From assembly GCA_903861575.1 (NCBI GenBank), contig CAIOUR010000022.1:1-49404 (forward strand): a DNA stretch of 49,404 nucleotides, read 5' to 3'. The stretch's first letter is position 1. Each line of letters starts with the position of its first letter. Of the stretch, positions 20,313 through 30,046 are shown one piece after another. This DNA is from an uncultured beta proteobacterium. Its GTDB lineage: Bacteria > Pseudomonadota > Gammaproteobacteria > Burkholderiales > Burkholderiaceae_C. Both the position numbers and the translations under genes were made by a program. Under the pieces are notes generated by a model. That model saw nothing but the letters and a program-made list of their open reading frames with translations. It searched no databases and had not been told where the DNA came from.

Positions 20313-21908
20313 TCAGCGCTCGAGCGCTTGCTGCCGCGCTAGCGCACCGAGTTCACGCGTGCGGCTGTCCAAGATTGACGCCTCGACATAGTCCGGCCCC
20401 CCGGGGCCCCATTTCCCGGCTCGCGCCAAATCTTGTGCTGCGCGCATCCTGTCCAAGGCTGCGACAGCGTCTTGCTCGAGTGCACTGATTTCGCCTTCGG
20501 CGCGAACCGCTGCCACCTGGTTGCCCAAAGCTGCATGCGCTTGAGACACCAAGCGCCAGGCGACGGTGTCGTGCGGGTGGTCAACCAGCCACGCACGTAA
20601 ATCGCCGAGAGCCTGCGCAGCTTTGGCTGCGCGAATCAGTGCTTGCGCACTCAGCAATACGTGCGTACGGGCGGACACAGTACGCACGCCGGTAGCGGCA
20701 TCCAATAAAGACCGCGCGCGCGCCGTATCACCTACTGTCAGCGCCAGCTCGGCACCTAGCAAGCGGGCCTGCTCCCACGCTGCCGGGTTGGCTCGGCAAC
20801 GCTCATACAGCCGGGCAAACAAACTCACAGCCAGCGGCCAATCGCGGAGCTGCATCGCTGAAAGGGTGGCGCCATACAAAATTCCGGCTTGCTGCGCATC
20901 CGGCTGCTTTTGAAACGCTTCATCCTTAGCCTGTGCAAGCCATACCGCCAGTACCTGCGGGTCGGGTTGCATAAGAACCCGCGCCCGGGCAGCCATCAAC
21001 CGGGGAACCCAATCAGCGCCCGGATCGGGCGTTAGGCGACTGATGTACTGCGCGGGGGTATCTACCCCGATGCGCGATTGCATATCTGCAATACGTTCGG
21101 TGGTCAGCGGATGGCTGCGCAAATACGGGAAGGCGCCTGCGTCACTCAGGCGCCCAGATTGCTGCAAGACCGCGAACATGTCCACAAACCCCTGGGGCGA
21201 AAACCCGGCCTCGCCCAAGACAGCGAAGCCAATGCGATCGGCTTCGCGCTCCATGTCGCGCGAGTAATTGAGCTGGCTTTGGGCCGCCAGCGCCTGGCTC
21301 CCGACAATGGCGGCGTTTGCGCCCTGCGCGTTGTCAGCACCCTTGCTGGCCGCCAACATGCCCAAAACCAGAGCGCCCAGAACCCAGGGCGCCATTCCAT
21401 TTTGGCGATTCATGTTGCGGGCAATGTGGCGTTGGGTCACATGACTGAGTTCATGCGCCAGCACAGAGGCCAGCTCAGCACGGGTCTGTGTTGCAGCAAT
21501 CAGCCCCAGATGCAGGCCCATATAGCCGCCGGGCAACGCAAAGGCATTCACCGTGCGATCACGGGACAGCAGAATCACCCAGGCATTCAAGTCCTCTGCC
21601 GCTGGAAGTGCCTCGCCCCGTTGCCTCGCTGCCGCCAACAGCGGCTGCCAAATGGAGTCCACATAATCCATCAGCACCAAATCGGGCAGGTAATCAGGAT
21701 CGCGGTAGAGGTAGCGCGCAATGCTATCCCCCATGCGCCGCTCGGCAGCGGGCGACAAAGCGGTCCCATCGCCCAGCCCAGGCAGAGCCGAGGAGGTTTG
21801 CGCGGGCAGTTGCGCCGCACCCAGCGCCAGGGTTAGGGCCAGCGCGACACACAGCGCATGCTGACAACGCTTGCCCGCCCCTGGTCCCCTATGATGCAAG
21901 CGCTTCAT
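20313..21908 (-). CDS. bepA: M48 metalloprotease with TPR-like C-terminus (BepA/YfgC-like)
   Basis: Signal peptide; [18 protein letters not shown] (HExxH), [19 protein letters not shown]. Confidence 0.9.
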   Translation of the reverse strand: MKRLHHRGPGAGKRCQHALCVALALTLALGAAQLPAQTSSALPGLGDGTALSPAAERRMGDSIARYLYRDPDYLPDLVLMDYVDSIWQPLLAAARQRGEALPAAEDLNAWVILLSRDRTVNAFALPGGYMGLHLGLIAATQTRAELASVLAHELSHVTQRHIARNMNRQNGMAPWVLGALVLGMLAASKGADNAQGANAAIVGSQALAAQSQLNYSRDMEREADRIGFAVLGEAGFSPQGFVDMFAVLQQSGRLSDAGAFPYLRSHPLTTERIADMQSRIGVDTPAQYISRLTPDPGADWVPRLMAARARVLMQPDPQVLAVWLAQAKDEAFQKQPDAQQAGILYGATLSAMQLRDWPLAVSLFARLYERCRANPAAWEQARLLGAELALTVGDTARARSLLDAATGVRTVSARTHVLLSAQALIRAAKAAQALGDLRAWLVDHPHDTVAWRLVSQAHAALGNQVAAVRAEGEISALEQDAVAALDRMRAAQDLARAGKWGPGGPDYVEASILDSRTRELGALARQQALER

Positions 21909-21940
21909 ACCGTTACCCTCAAACCTGTTTTCAAAAATCC

Positions 21941-22444
21941 ATGAACCAAGCCGACCATCAGCCGCTCACCCATTTTGACGCCCAGGGCCAAGCACACATG
22001 GTGGACGTTGCCGACAAAGCTGCAACCCGACGCCGGGCAATCGCCAGCGGCCGCATCGAAATGCTGGCCGCAACGCGGGCATTGATTGAAAGCGGGAGCG
22101 CCAAAAAGGGCGATGTCCTGGGCGTCGCGCGCCTAGCTGGCATCATGGCTGCCAAAAAAACCAGCGACCTCATTCCATTGTGCCACCCGCTGGCGCTCAG
22201 CCATGTTGCAGTGGCCCTTGAGTTAGCGCATGCAAACAGCCATGGTTTTGACGGTGTCACCTGTACCGCAACTGTAGAGACAATCGGACCTACCGGCGTG
22301 GAAATGGAGGCGCTCACCGCCGTCCAAGTAGCCCTTCTAACTGTCTATGACATGACCAAAGCCGTGGACCGGGGCATGACGATGACCGACGTGAAACTGC
22401 TGGAGAAGCACGGGGGCGAGTCGGGGAGTTTTGTCCATGCGTGA
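21941..22444 (+). CDS. moaC: Cyclic pyranopterin monophosphate synthase
   Basis: [37 protein letters not shown]. Start moved to ATG 21941. Confidence 0.97.
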   Translation: MNQADHQPLTHFDAQGQAHMVDVADKAATRRRAIASGRIEMLAATRALIESGSAKKGDVLGVARLAGIMAAKKTSDLIPLCHPLALSHVAVALELAHANSHGFDGVTCTATVETIGPTGVEMEALTAVQVALLTVYDMTKAVDRGMTMTDVKLLEKHGGESGSFVHA

Positions 22445-22452
22445 GCGGCTTG

Positions 22453-22794
22453 CTACGAAATCAACGCGGTCAGAGGCGCGTCAACCCTAAGCGCTCCAGT
22501 TAGGTTCCAAACCGACTTGCGTTGGGTGTTGCGGACCAAAGCCAAGCACTCCAAGCGCTTGCTGTCTGACCGAATTTTGTCGCAGGTATATGAGTTAGGG
22601 CTAATCGACACTGTGCAGAATTGGACTTTGTCCTCATCGTCTTTTATCTTTTTGCACATGACTTTGTCTTTGGCGCGTTGCGCAGCGCAAAAAGCTTTGT
22701 CGTTCTCATTTGAAAGTCCCGCGCAGGCATCACCTTCTGCTGCAAGACAGACAAGCGATTGCAGCAGAAGCGCGAGCACAAGAATATTTCGCAT
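22453..22794 (-). CDS. Exported Cys-rich hypothetical protein
   Basis: Signal peptide MRNILVLALLLQSLVCLAA; three tandem Cys-pair units. Confidence 0.65.
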   Translation of the reverse strand: MRNILVLALLLQSLVCLAAEGDACAGLSNENDKAFCAAQRAKDKVMCKKIKDDEDKVQFCTVSISPNSYTCDKIRSDSKRLECLALVRNTQRKSVWNLTGALRVDAPLTALIS

Positions 22795-23074
22795 GGTGGT
22801 CTTTCCGAAAGATGCGGAGGCTACTTAGGCACTGTGGCAATCGTGTGAAACGCACTGACGGTGCCCATCGCAGCCGCAAATCCATCATCTCAATTACCGG
22901 TAAAAATTTGTGCCGCAGTATCGGTGGCCGAAGTAGGCCGGTCGATTCACAAATTGTTAGGCTACCGTTCAAGCAAATTGAATGCCGTTTTGTCAGCGGC
23001 TTTTGGCACTGCGTTGGCGTTTTTTGCTTTGTTTTGGTGCGTGTCTATTGCGCAGTGTGATGGCATACCGTGCA

Positions 23075-23932
23075 TCAAAGATCGCGGGCCACGCGAAAAC
23101 CAATGTAATACGCGCGCTGGTTAGGGTAAATCCAGTACCGAACCGCCGAACGCAGCAGCTGTGGAACCAGGTCAAATGACCCACCTCGGATGACGCCGTA
23201 GCGGACTCCGCACGACGTTGTCCAAGCTGAACCGTCGGTCGGCGCACCGCCATAGTGTTCGTGGTAGCAGTCTTCAACCCACTCCCACACATTGCCATGG
23301 ATGTCGAATAAGCCAAAGGCATTCGGAAGTTTCAGCCCCACAGGATGGGTCTTGCCTTCGCTGACCGCGTAGTACCAAGCGTAGTCGCCCAATGCAATTT
23401 GGTGCGCGAAACCCCACTCACTTCGGGTTCCAGCACGTGCAGCGTACTCCCACTCGGCCTCGGACGGTAATCGGTAGTTCTTCTGCGTTTTCTCGCTGAG
23501 TTTGCGCACATACGCTTGCGCATCGTGCCAACTCACGTTTTCTACCGGTAAGTTTCGGCCTTTGTAGAAACTTGGGTTGTCCCCCATCAAGGCCGTCCAT
23601 TGCTCCTGGGTCACTTCATATTTGCCCATCGCAAATGCCGGAACCTCAACCCGGTGCTGGGGCATTTCGTTAGGCTGACCCCATGGGGATTTTGTTGTAC
23701 CTGCTGGCGATCCCATCCAAAAACTGCCACCAGGTACGACTACCAGTTCAGCGCATTCGGGGCAATCCTTGATCGCCGATCCTGGAGCCATGGGTTCTGG
23801 AAGTCGTTTTACGTACGCCTCCGGTATGGCGCTTTTAGCGGAGGGTAACTGTCCCCATCCGGGTTGCGCCAGCGACAACAGAATCACCCAGCTCCAGATA
23901 CGACGCTCCCAACTTGTCATACGCACATGCAC
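23075..23932 (-). CDS. FGE-sulfatase (SUMF1-like) domain exported protein
   Basis: DCPECAELVVVPGGSFWMGS, KYEVTQEQW, RLPSEAEWEYAARAG, PNAFGLFDIHGNVWEW, RGGSF, GFRVAR. Confidence 0.92.
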   Translation of the reverse strand: MHVRMTSWERRIWSWVILLSLAQPGWGQLPSAKSAIPEAYVKRLPEPMAPGSAIKDCPECAELVVVPGGSFWMGSPAGTTKSPWGQPNEMPQHRVEVPAFAMGKYEVTQEQWTALMGDNPSFYKGRNLPVENVSWHDAQAYVRKLSEKTQKNYRLPSEAEWEYAARAGTRSEWGFAHQIALGDYAWYYAVSEGKTHPVGLKLPNAFGLFDIHGNVWEWVEDCYHEHYGGAPTDGSAWTTSCGVRYGVIRGGSFDLVPQLLRSAVRYWIYPNQRAYYIGFRVARDL

Positions 23933-23935
23933 ACC

Positions 23936-24592
23936 TCAAGGCGCTGGGTAGCGTTCGTCACGGCTCAAGTCATCAATGGGAAATACGTCGACTGTCGTCG
24001 CAGTCGCACCAGCGGCGGGCTTCTGAACGGGTAGGGCTGGGTGGACGGCGGGCGTTACCGGCGAAACATTGGTCGCCAGCACGACCTCCCCCGCAATTCG
24101 GGAGAACATTTTGGGATCTACGGCCTTGGCGCTTAGAAACTTGCCCTTTTGAAAAATTCCCATGCGCTCGACGGATTTATCCGGCGCATACTGAATAAAG
24201 CGACCATGGGGCTCGCCATCTTTCCACTGTCCCATCCAGATCCGGCCGTCCGACCAGGTGTAAACACCCTCGCCGCTTCGGCGATTATTTTTCCACTCGC
24301 CCACATAAGAGTCACCATTGGCATCGTTGTAGACAGCCATACCGGTTTTTTGGTTGTCCTTCCAGGCGCCCTCATAGGTACTGCCGTCGTACCAGGTGTA
24401 GCTGCCATAGCAATTCCGAAAATAACCATACTCTGGACAGCGCACAAGCCCAAACGCTTGCGGCGCTGCTGCTGCGGGCACCTGCGCCATAGCCAAGCCG
24501 CTGAGACCCAGCAAAAAAATACAAAATAAAAGCACCCGTCTATGCATAAGACCCATCGTAACCAAAAGACGTATTCTCCGTAGGTTCGTCAT
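23936..24592 (-). CDS. MORN-repeat exported protein
   Basis: Signal peptide, then repeats YEGAWKDNQKTG / YVGEWKNNRRSGEG / WMGQWKDGEPHGR. Confidence 0.85.
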   Translation of the reverse strand: MTNLRRIRLLVTMGLMHRRVLLFCIFLLGLSGLAMAQVPAAAAPQAFGLVRCPEYGYFRNCYGSYTWYDGSTYEGAWKDNQKTGMAVYNDANGDSYVGEWKNNRRSGEGVYTWSDGRIWMGQWKDGEPHGRFIQYAPDKSVERMGIFQKGKFLSAKAVDPKMFSRIAGEVVLATNVSPVTPAVHPALPVQKPAAGATATTVDVFPIDDLSRDERYPAP

Positions 24593-24606
24593 CAGAAGGT
24601 CGTTTT

Positions 24607-24864
24607 ATGCACCGTGCACTTATTCGCCTAACCCGTCTTGCCGCCTTATTTTTTCTGCCATTGGCAGCCCACGCTTTCCAACCGGCGGGCAAATTCCAAA
24701 CCGAAGACCAGGCCAAGAAACACTGCCCCGGCGACGTGGTGGTCTGGGTAAACCTGGCTACCCGGCTCTACTACGTCAAGGGTCATCTTTGGTACGCGTC
24801 TAGCAAAGGCGGCGTATTTGAATGCCGCAAAGAAGCCCAGGAAGAGGGCAACAGCCCCGGATAA
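24607..24864 (+). CDS. Small exported hypothetical protein
   Basis: Signal peptide ending LAAHA; FQTEDQAKKHCPGDVVVWVN...FECRKEA with a Cys pair. Confidence 0.7.
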   Translation: MHRALIRLTRLAALFFLPLAAHAFQPAGKFQTEDQAKKHCPGDVVVWVNLATRLYYVKGHLWYASSKGGVFECRKEAQEEGNSPG

Positions 24865-24884
24865 ACACGGTCTGCGACCCGCCC

Positions 24885-25298
24885 TCAGCGTGCGCAGACC
24901 AAGCGCAGCTTGTCGGCCGAGACGCTTTTTGCCGCAACCGCAACCCAGCCCTGCGGGTCCTCGCCACCCACAAAAAGCGTCTTCCCGCCAGCCATTGAAT
25001 CAGCATGCACGGTGAGCGTCAGGGTTCGCGCGCGCTGGCCTTGGCAGTCGTACAGCACCCGCGCACGCATGCTCATCTCGCCTTCTTTACCGCGTTGCTT
25101 GAGATCGGTCAGCTCCCAAAAACGGCGGTTGCTGCCGTCTTTTTCCAAGCTACCCAAGTCCACGAAAAAATTCGCTTCCGGTGTTTCGCCGGCTTTGGTC
25201 CACTCAGCATGCACCTCCACCGATACGAAGCCCAGCGCGCTACACAAAACCCATGGCGCCCACCGCACCTCGCAGCGAGGCCGGCACACAGACATCAT
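24885..25298 (-). CDS. Surface-adhesin-E-like exported protein
   Basis: Signal peptide ending VHA, then EWTKAG...FFVDLGSL...FWELTD...SMRARVLYDC; paralog of the neighbouring gene. Confidence 0.7.
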   Translation of the reverse strand: MMSVCRPRCEVRWAPWVLCSALGFVSVEVHAEWTKAGETPEANFFVDLGSLEKDGSNRRFWELTDLKQRGKEGEMSMRARVLYDCQGQRARTLTLTVHADSMAGGKTLFVGGEDPQGWVAVAAKSVSADKLRLVCAR

Positions 25299-25669
25299 TT
25301 GCCGCAGGCGGCGCGCAAGCGCATGTCATACATGGTGCCCGCCTCCACGTCCTCCCAGCCTTCCGGGTCTTCACCTAAGCGCGCCAGCTCCTTGCCGGCA
25401 GACATGCGCTCGGCAAAAGCCAGCATCTCCAAGCCACGGCTGCGTTTTCCCATGCAGTCGTATTCCATCTGAAAACGCACCGACCGCACACCATCGGCGT
25501 CGGGCTCCGGCATGTCCATCATCTCCCAGGCCTGACGCATATCGCCCGTCCCGGTGACCGTCTGCAGGTCGATATAAAACGTAGCGCCGTTCTGTTCGCC
25601 CAAGGCAAGCCAGTCAGCATGGGCGCAATGGGCAGTGATCAGCAAAGCGAGGGCGACAAGTTTCTTCAT
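25295..25669 (-). CDS. Surface-adhesin-E-like exported protein
   Basis: MKKLVALALLITAHCAHA signal, then DWLALG...FYIDLQTV...AWEMMD...SVRFQMEYDC. Start moved to ATG 25669. Confidence 0.7.
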   Translation of the reverse strand: MKKLVALALLITAHCAHADWLALGEQNGATFYIDLQTVTGTGDMRQAWEMMDMPEPDADGVRSVRFQMEYDCMGKRSRGLEMLAFAERMSAGKELARLGEDPEGWEDVEAGTMYDMRLRAACGK

Positions 25670-25704
25670 GGCTGCAGCAGGTTGGTTGAACGATAGCGCG
25701 CAGT

Positions 25705-27270
25705 TTAAGGCGGCGCGGCGCTTGCCGCTTGCGGCGCAGGATAGACCACGCCCTGCGGCTCCATGGCCAGCCATTCAATAAAGCGCTCCGGAAAAGCCTG
25801 CGCGTAACGCGCCTTATAGAACGCCACCTCCTCAGGCCGACCCAACAACCTGGCACTTTCCAGCACGCGCTCAATCACCCGGGGCTCCGCCGAATAGTGG
25901 AGCAACTGCTGGGCCAGTGCGTACTGGTCCTGCGGGCGGCCACTTTGCACTGGCATAGCAAGTCGCGAAAAAGCCACCTCATTCACAAACAAAAAAACAT
26001 CGTGGTATTGCAATTCGTCAAACGGGTCAAACACAGCTGCCCGCGCAGCTTCTATGCTGTACAGACGCGACACCCGCTCGTAACTTTGCGAGACAAGCAG
26101 GCAAAACCCGGCAAGTGCCAGCGCCAGCAGAGCTCCTGCCGCGCGTGCCCACAAGCCGCGCAACAACACATCATCGGTTGGCCCTGAGGACAAGCGCAAC
26201 GCCGCCAACAGCACCGCTATTTGAAACGGCCCGTACCACAGCGGGTACTCCAGCAAGCTGTGCAAACCCACCACCGCCAAAATCGCCCAGGCCAGCCGCG
26301 CACCCGGCTGCACGGCCCGCCAGGGTTGCCGGCGCCACACCATGACCAGCACCAGCGCGACCGCGATCACCGCCACCGGCAGGCCAAAACTCACCGCCAA
26401 ATGAAGCGGCAGGTTGTGCGCGTTATCGAGTAGGTCGCAAAAGCGCGGGCCCGTCGTGAGGGTCATGAACCGCGCGTACCCTAATTCACCCCAGCCCCAA
26501 CCCAGCCACGGCTTTTGCAACACCGCTTGCCAGACATTCGCCCATAGCGTGGCACGGCTGGCACAAGCGACGTTGCCCTCCCACACCCGGGCCAAGGGCG
26601 GCGGCCCGCCGTCCCCCAAGCCGGGCATGAAACCAGAGGCAGCCAGCACATACGCCAAAGTCGCCACAGCCAGCGTCGGCCAAATCCGTCCCGGTGTCGG
26701 CGCAAGCATGCGCCAAACCCCAGCCATGGTCCACAAGGTCAAGAGCTCCACCAGCCCGGTTCGAGAGCCCGTCAGCCCCCACACCATTCCAATCAAGCCC
26801 GCCGCCACCAGGCTCAGCACGCGCATCAGCCCTGCCATGCGCTGGTCGCGCGCCGCAGCGCTCCCCCAAGCCAAAGCCGCCAAACCGATAGCGCACAAGG
26901 TTGAAAACTGGTTGCGCTGGCGCAAATTCGCGTAAACGGTTCCAGGACCTGCATGGTTCACCCAGGGAGCGAAGTCCGCGGCCATCTCCAGGTACTGCAA
27001 AAGACCCATCCCTGCGCTCAGCACCGCCGCCGCAACCCAGGCCCACACGGCGGCCCGCCACAGCACCGCGCTGCGAACCCGACCCACCGCCACCAGGCCC
27101 AAAGTCAGCGCAACACTGGCCCAACTCAACAAGAGCGGCTGCACATTCGGCGAAGGCCCCAGAGCAAAAGGATTGAGCCAAGGCAGCGCCAAGGTAATGG
27201 CCAAGGCCACGGCAAAGCCCATATCAGCAGGCCGGGGAGAAGAGTCGTGCATTAAGTTCACCGAGTCCAA
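25705..27270 (-). CDS. pglL: PglL-family O-oligosaccharyltransferase (Wzy_C domain)
   Basis: Polytopic membrane protein with ANLRQRNQF, TGSRTG, PWLGWGWG, DNAHNLPLHLA and HSLLEYPLWY. Start uncertain. Confidence 0.85.
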   Translation of the reverse strand: MDSVNLMHDSSPRPADMGFAVALAITLALPWLNPFALGPSPNVQPLLLSWASVALTLGLVAVGRVRSAVLWRAAVWAWVAAAVLSAGMGLLQYLEMAADFAPWVNHAGPGTVYANLRQRNQFSTLCAIGLAALAWGSAAARDQRMAGLMRVLSLVAAGLIGMVWGLTGSRTGLVELLTLWTMAGVWRMLAPTPGRIWPTLAVATLAYVLAASGFMPGLGDGGPPPLARVWEGNVACASRATLWANVWQAVLQKPWLGWGWGELGYARFMTLTTGPRFCDLLDNAHNLPLHLAVSFGLPVAVIAVALVLVMVWRRQPWRAVQPGARLAWAILAVVGLHSLLEYPLWYGPFQIAVLLAALRLSSGPTDDVLLRGLWARAAGALLALALAGFCLLVSQSYERVSRLYSIEAARAAVFDPFDELQYHDVFLFVNEVAFSRLAMPVQSGRPQDQYALAQQLLHYSAEPRVIERVLESARLLGRPEEVAFYKARYAQAFPERFIEWLAMEPQGVVYPAPQAASAAPP

Positions 27271-27331
27271 TTATCCGGGCCGGGTGTGCGGGGTGAACGC
27301 GCTGGATCGTGGGCCGCGCCCATACTCAAAA

Positions 27332-28120
27332 TCAAAACGAATCGAGCGGCAGCAAAGCGAAGGGCTTCGCGGTGGCGGCGTCCAGCAACGCGGTGCCAAA
27401 GCCCGCGCGGCTGGCCAACGGCAGGTACACCGTGTTGTCGATACTGCGGTGGTGATCGACCAGCGCTTGTTGCAGGGCGGGAGCAAACGCCGGCTGTGCG
27501 GCCATCAGCGCGGCGACCGGTTTGGCGGCTTTGAGAATGTCGGGCGTCGCCTTCTCGTAATCCATCCACAACTCCGGACGGGCCGACATCTGCACGCCGC
27601 TCAACGCCGCCAGAATCGCCGAGGTCTGCTCGCTGTTGTCCTTGAACGGGCGCAGCGCCAGCAGCGTGGGGCCGGTGCGTGGCAAGGCGTCGATACCGGG
27701 CGGCACCCGGTCCATGAACTCTTGCGGAATTTCATTGGCGTGCACCACGCGGATGCGGTCGTACTCAAACACCCCATGCGCCGGCCGCCCCGCAAAAACC
27801 GTCCACATGCCATAACCCAGGGCACCGAGCTGTACCAGCACCACCACGACCAGGTCGCGCGCCAACTCCGCGCGCGGCTTGCGGGTGTTGAAGACCACCA
27901 AAGTCACCAAAGGCCCCAGCACCACGTCCACACCCAGCATCAACACAAACAAATCCGACACACCGGACATGGAGCCCAAGGGAGCGGGGTACCACAGGAG
28001 ATAGACCAACGCAGCGCAGGTGGCGGCAAGGATGGCGCTGAAAAGGAAATGGACTGCGCTGGCGCGGGTGCGGCCAGGTACTCGCGTATGCGGGATTGCC
28101 TGCGCTGTGTGTATGGTCAT
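27332..28120 (-). CDS. TfpX/TfpZ-family type IV pilin accessory protein
   Basis: HFLFS...LWYPAP...VDVVLGPLVTLVVFNTRKPRAELARDL...QLGALGYG...RP. Start moved to ATG 28120. Confidence 0.88.
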   Translation of the reverse strand: MTIHTAQAIPHTRVPGRTRASAVHFLFSAILAATCAALVYLLWYPAPLGSMSGVSDLFVLMLGVDVVLGPLVTLVVFNTRKPRAELARDLVVVVLVQLGALGYGMWTVFAGRPAHGVFEYDRIRVVHANEIPQEFMDRVPPGIDALPRTGPTLLALRPFKDNSEQTSAILAALSGVQMSARPELWMDYEKATPDILKAAKPVAALMAAQPAFAPALQQALVDHHRSIDNTVYLPLASRAGFGTALLDAATAKPFALLPLDSF

Positions 28121-30042
28121 TGTGCGATCAAAGCCAACTCGTGCCGCCAATAGGCGAGCAGTTTTTCTTCCATGATTTCCACGCTGTAGGCCTCCACGGT
28201 TTGCATCGCGCGTCGGTTGTACTCCTCCAGCTGCTCCCCGCCCTTATCAAATGTTTCGAGGGCAGCAGCCAAGCCGTGCACGCAGGCGCGCCAGTCGCCG
28301 GTTTCTGCCCACCAGCCATTGCCCTCGTTCATATATTCACGACCACCATCCCCGTGAAATCCTGCTACGACACAGCCGCTGGCCATTGCTTCTAACGGCG
28401 GCAAACCGAATGACTCTTTGTCTGACAGGGATAAAAAAATCGCCGACTCTGATAAAACTTTCGCGGCCTCGCGCCGCGTCATCTGGTGAATAGCTATCCA
28501 AGGAATATCAGAATACTCGGGGTACATCCGCACGAATGCCGCGTGAATAAACTTTGCTTCGGCCCCTAACTTCCGGGGCATAAATGCTATTTGCCGGACC
28601 TTAGCGGTAGTTCGCGTATAGTTTGACGCATCTACTGCACAGGGGATTACAGAAATATCAGTAAGACCATATAAATCTTCTAGGCAAGATTTAATAGTCA
28701 AGCTTGATACAACAACGCTATCCAACTCAAACTCTGAAAATCCGCGCTCCGCCCTACTCGAAAACGGCAAATAATACTGATTTTGACAAAACATTATTCG
28801 CTTGGCGGGAGTGCCTCGTAGGGTGTTTAAATATCCCAATAAGCCCTCTGGAAAAACGCAAATATCTTTGGCAGAAACATTAAGGGTTTCACCATAAATA
28901 ATTTTCGGCACATCCCACTCATAAAAATTGATATCGGGTAACTCTGGCAATGCAATCCACGCGTCAATACCATGCGCATTTAAGGTGGCAACATGCATCA
29001 AAATCACTGCCACCCCGCCAAAAGGGACAGTGAAAGGTGCTAAGAAAAAAATTATTCTCGGCGCAGGCGAATCCATGAGAGGCTGCGGCAAGTCTTTGTA
29101 ATCTGGAAAAACATCCAGCTCTCTGTTCTCGTTTGAGGCTTGTAAAGATTGGAGCCAAAAATTGGCAGTCTCTTTTGCAAGAAATAGATGGTCACGCTGT
29201 AGCCAAGTTACATTTTGGGCTGACAAAGGTTCTTTTTTTAAGTAACCATCATTGCTTAATGTGTAATGTATATATTTATTATTTTTTAAAAAACTATTAA
29301 AAGTAGACAAGTCAACGCCAGGCAATAATTCAATAATGATCGCAGGTCTTTGCTCTGCGATGATTCGAGCGGCTCCCTCCAATACCGCTAAATCATGGCC
29401 CTCAACGTCAATTTTTAGCAGTAGCTTTTCATCGTTTTTGATTATTCCGATTAAAGCATTATCGAGGGTTTCAACTTGCACCTGAGCGGTTTTATCGTGG
29501 ACAGATCTGAAGGTGGGATTCAAGCTAGCAGAAGTCTCAATCAAACCGTGAGAAGCCTCTGGATAATAGATTTTTGAAATGCCTGAATTACTGCTGATCG
29601 CCAGTCGTTTTAAATGTATTTTTTGATCCAGGTTCGATCTTTTGATGTTCATACCCAGCAAGTCGGCTATGTCATCGGCGGGTTCGAATGCAATAATATT
29701 TTTAGCGCCGCAAGCGGCGGATAGAAGACTGTAATACCCGGAATTAGCACCTATATCAGCAAATACCAGAGGTAAATTAGAGGACCATGTCGCTATTAAC
29801 TGAGGCAGTGGTGCCTCGTAACTGGTCCAACCCTTCTTCAATGCTTCAACGGCAACTTGGTCTCTTCGCCCTTGAAGGCTCATCCAAAAAGTTGCGGATA
29901 TTCCAGCAAGCGTGGCACTGATTTCAACAAAGTCTTCAATCACCCGGATTTGTGACGCTGCTGTGGCTTTGGGTGCAATTTCAGGCAGTGAAACGATTTG
30001 CCCCGGATGTTTGAAAAGCCCCTTCAAGGTATTCAGAAGCAT
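28117..30042 (-). CDS. FkbM-family methyltransferase / GT4-like glycosyltransferase fusion
   Basis: N-half: FADIGANSGYYSL, AFEP, LKIDVEGHD. C-half: GGVAVILMHV and ESFGLPPLEAMASGC (EX7E). Confidence 0.85.
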   Translation of the reverse strand: MLLNTLKGLFKHPGQIVSLPEIAPKATAASQIRVIEDFVEISATLAGISATFWMSLQGRRDQVAVEALKKGWTSYEAPLPQLIATWSSNLPLVFADIGANSGYYSLLSAACGAKNIIAFEPADDIADLLGMNIKRSNLDQKIHLKRLAISSNSGISKIYYPEASHGLIETSASLNPTFRSVHDKTAQVQVETLDNALIGIIKNDEKLLLKIDVEGHDLAVLEGAARIIAEQRPAIIIELLPGVDLSTFNSFLKNNKYIHYTLSNDGYLKKEPLSAQNVTWLQRDHLFLAKETANFWLQSLQASNENRELDVFPDYKDLPQPLMDSPAPRIIFFLAPFTVPFGGVAVILMHVATLNAHGIDAWIALPELPDINFYEWDVPKIIYGETLNVSAKDICVFPEGLLGYLNTLRGTPAKRIMFCQNQYYLPFSSRAERGFSEFELDSVVVSSLTIKSCLEDLYGLTDISVIPCAVDASNYTRTTAKVRQIAFMPRKLGAEAKFIHAAFVRMYPEYSDIPWIAIHQMTRREAAKVLSESAIFLSLSDKESFGLPPLEAMASGCVVAGFHGDGGREYMNEGNGWWAETGDWRACVHGLAAALETFDKGGEQLEEYNRRAMQTVEAYSVEIMEEKLLAYWRHELALIAQ

Positions 30043-30046
30043 CGAC

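Noticed and set aside
22795-23200. Possible DGR template repeat next to the FGE/CLec-fold gene
   Set aside because: The 280-bp spacer shows no visible similarity to the gene's 3' end, and there is no reverse transcriptase in the window.
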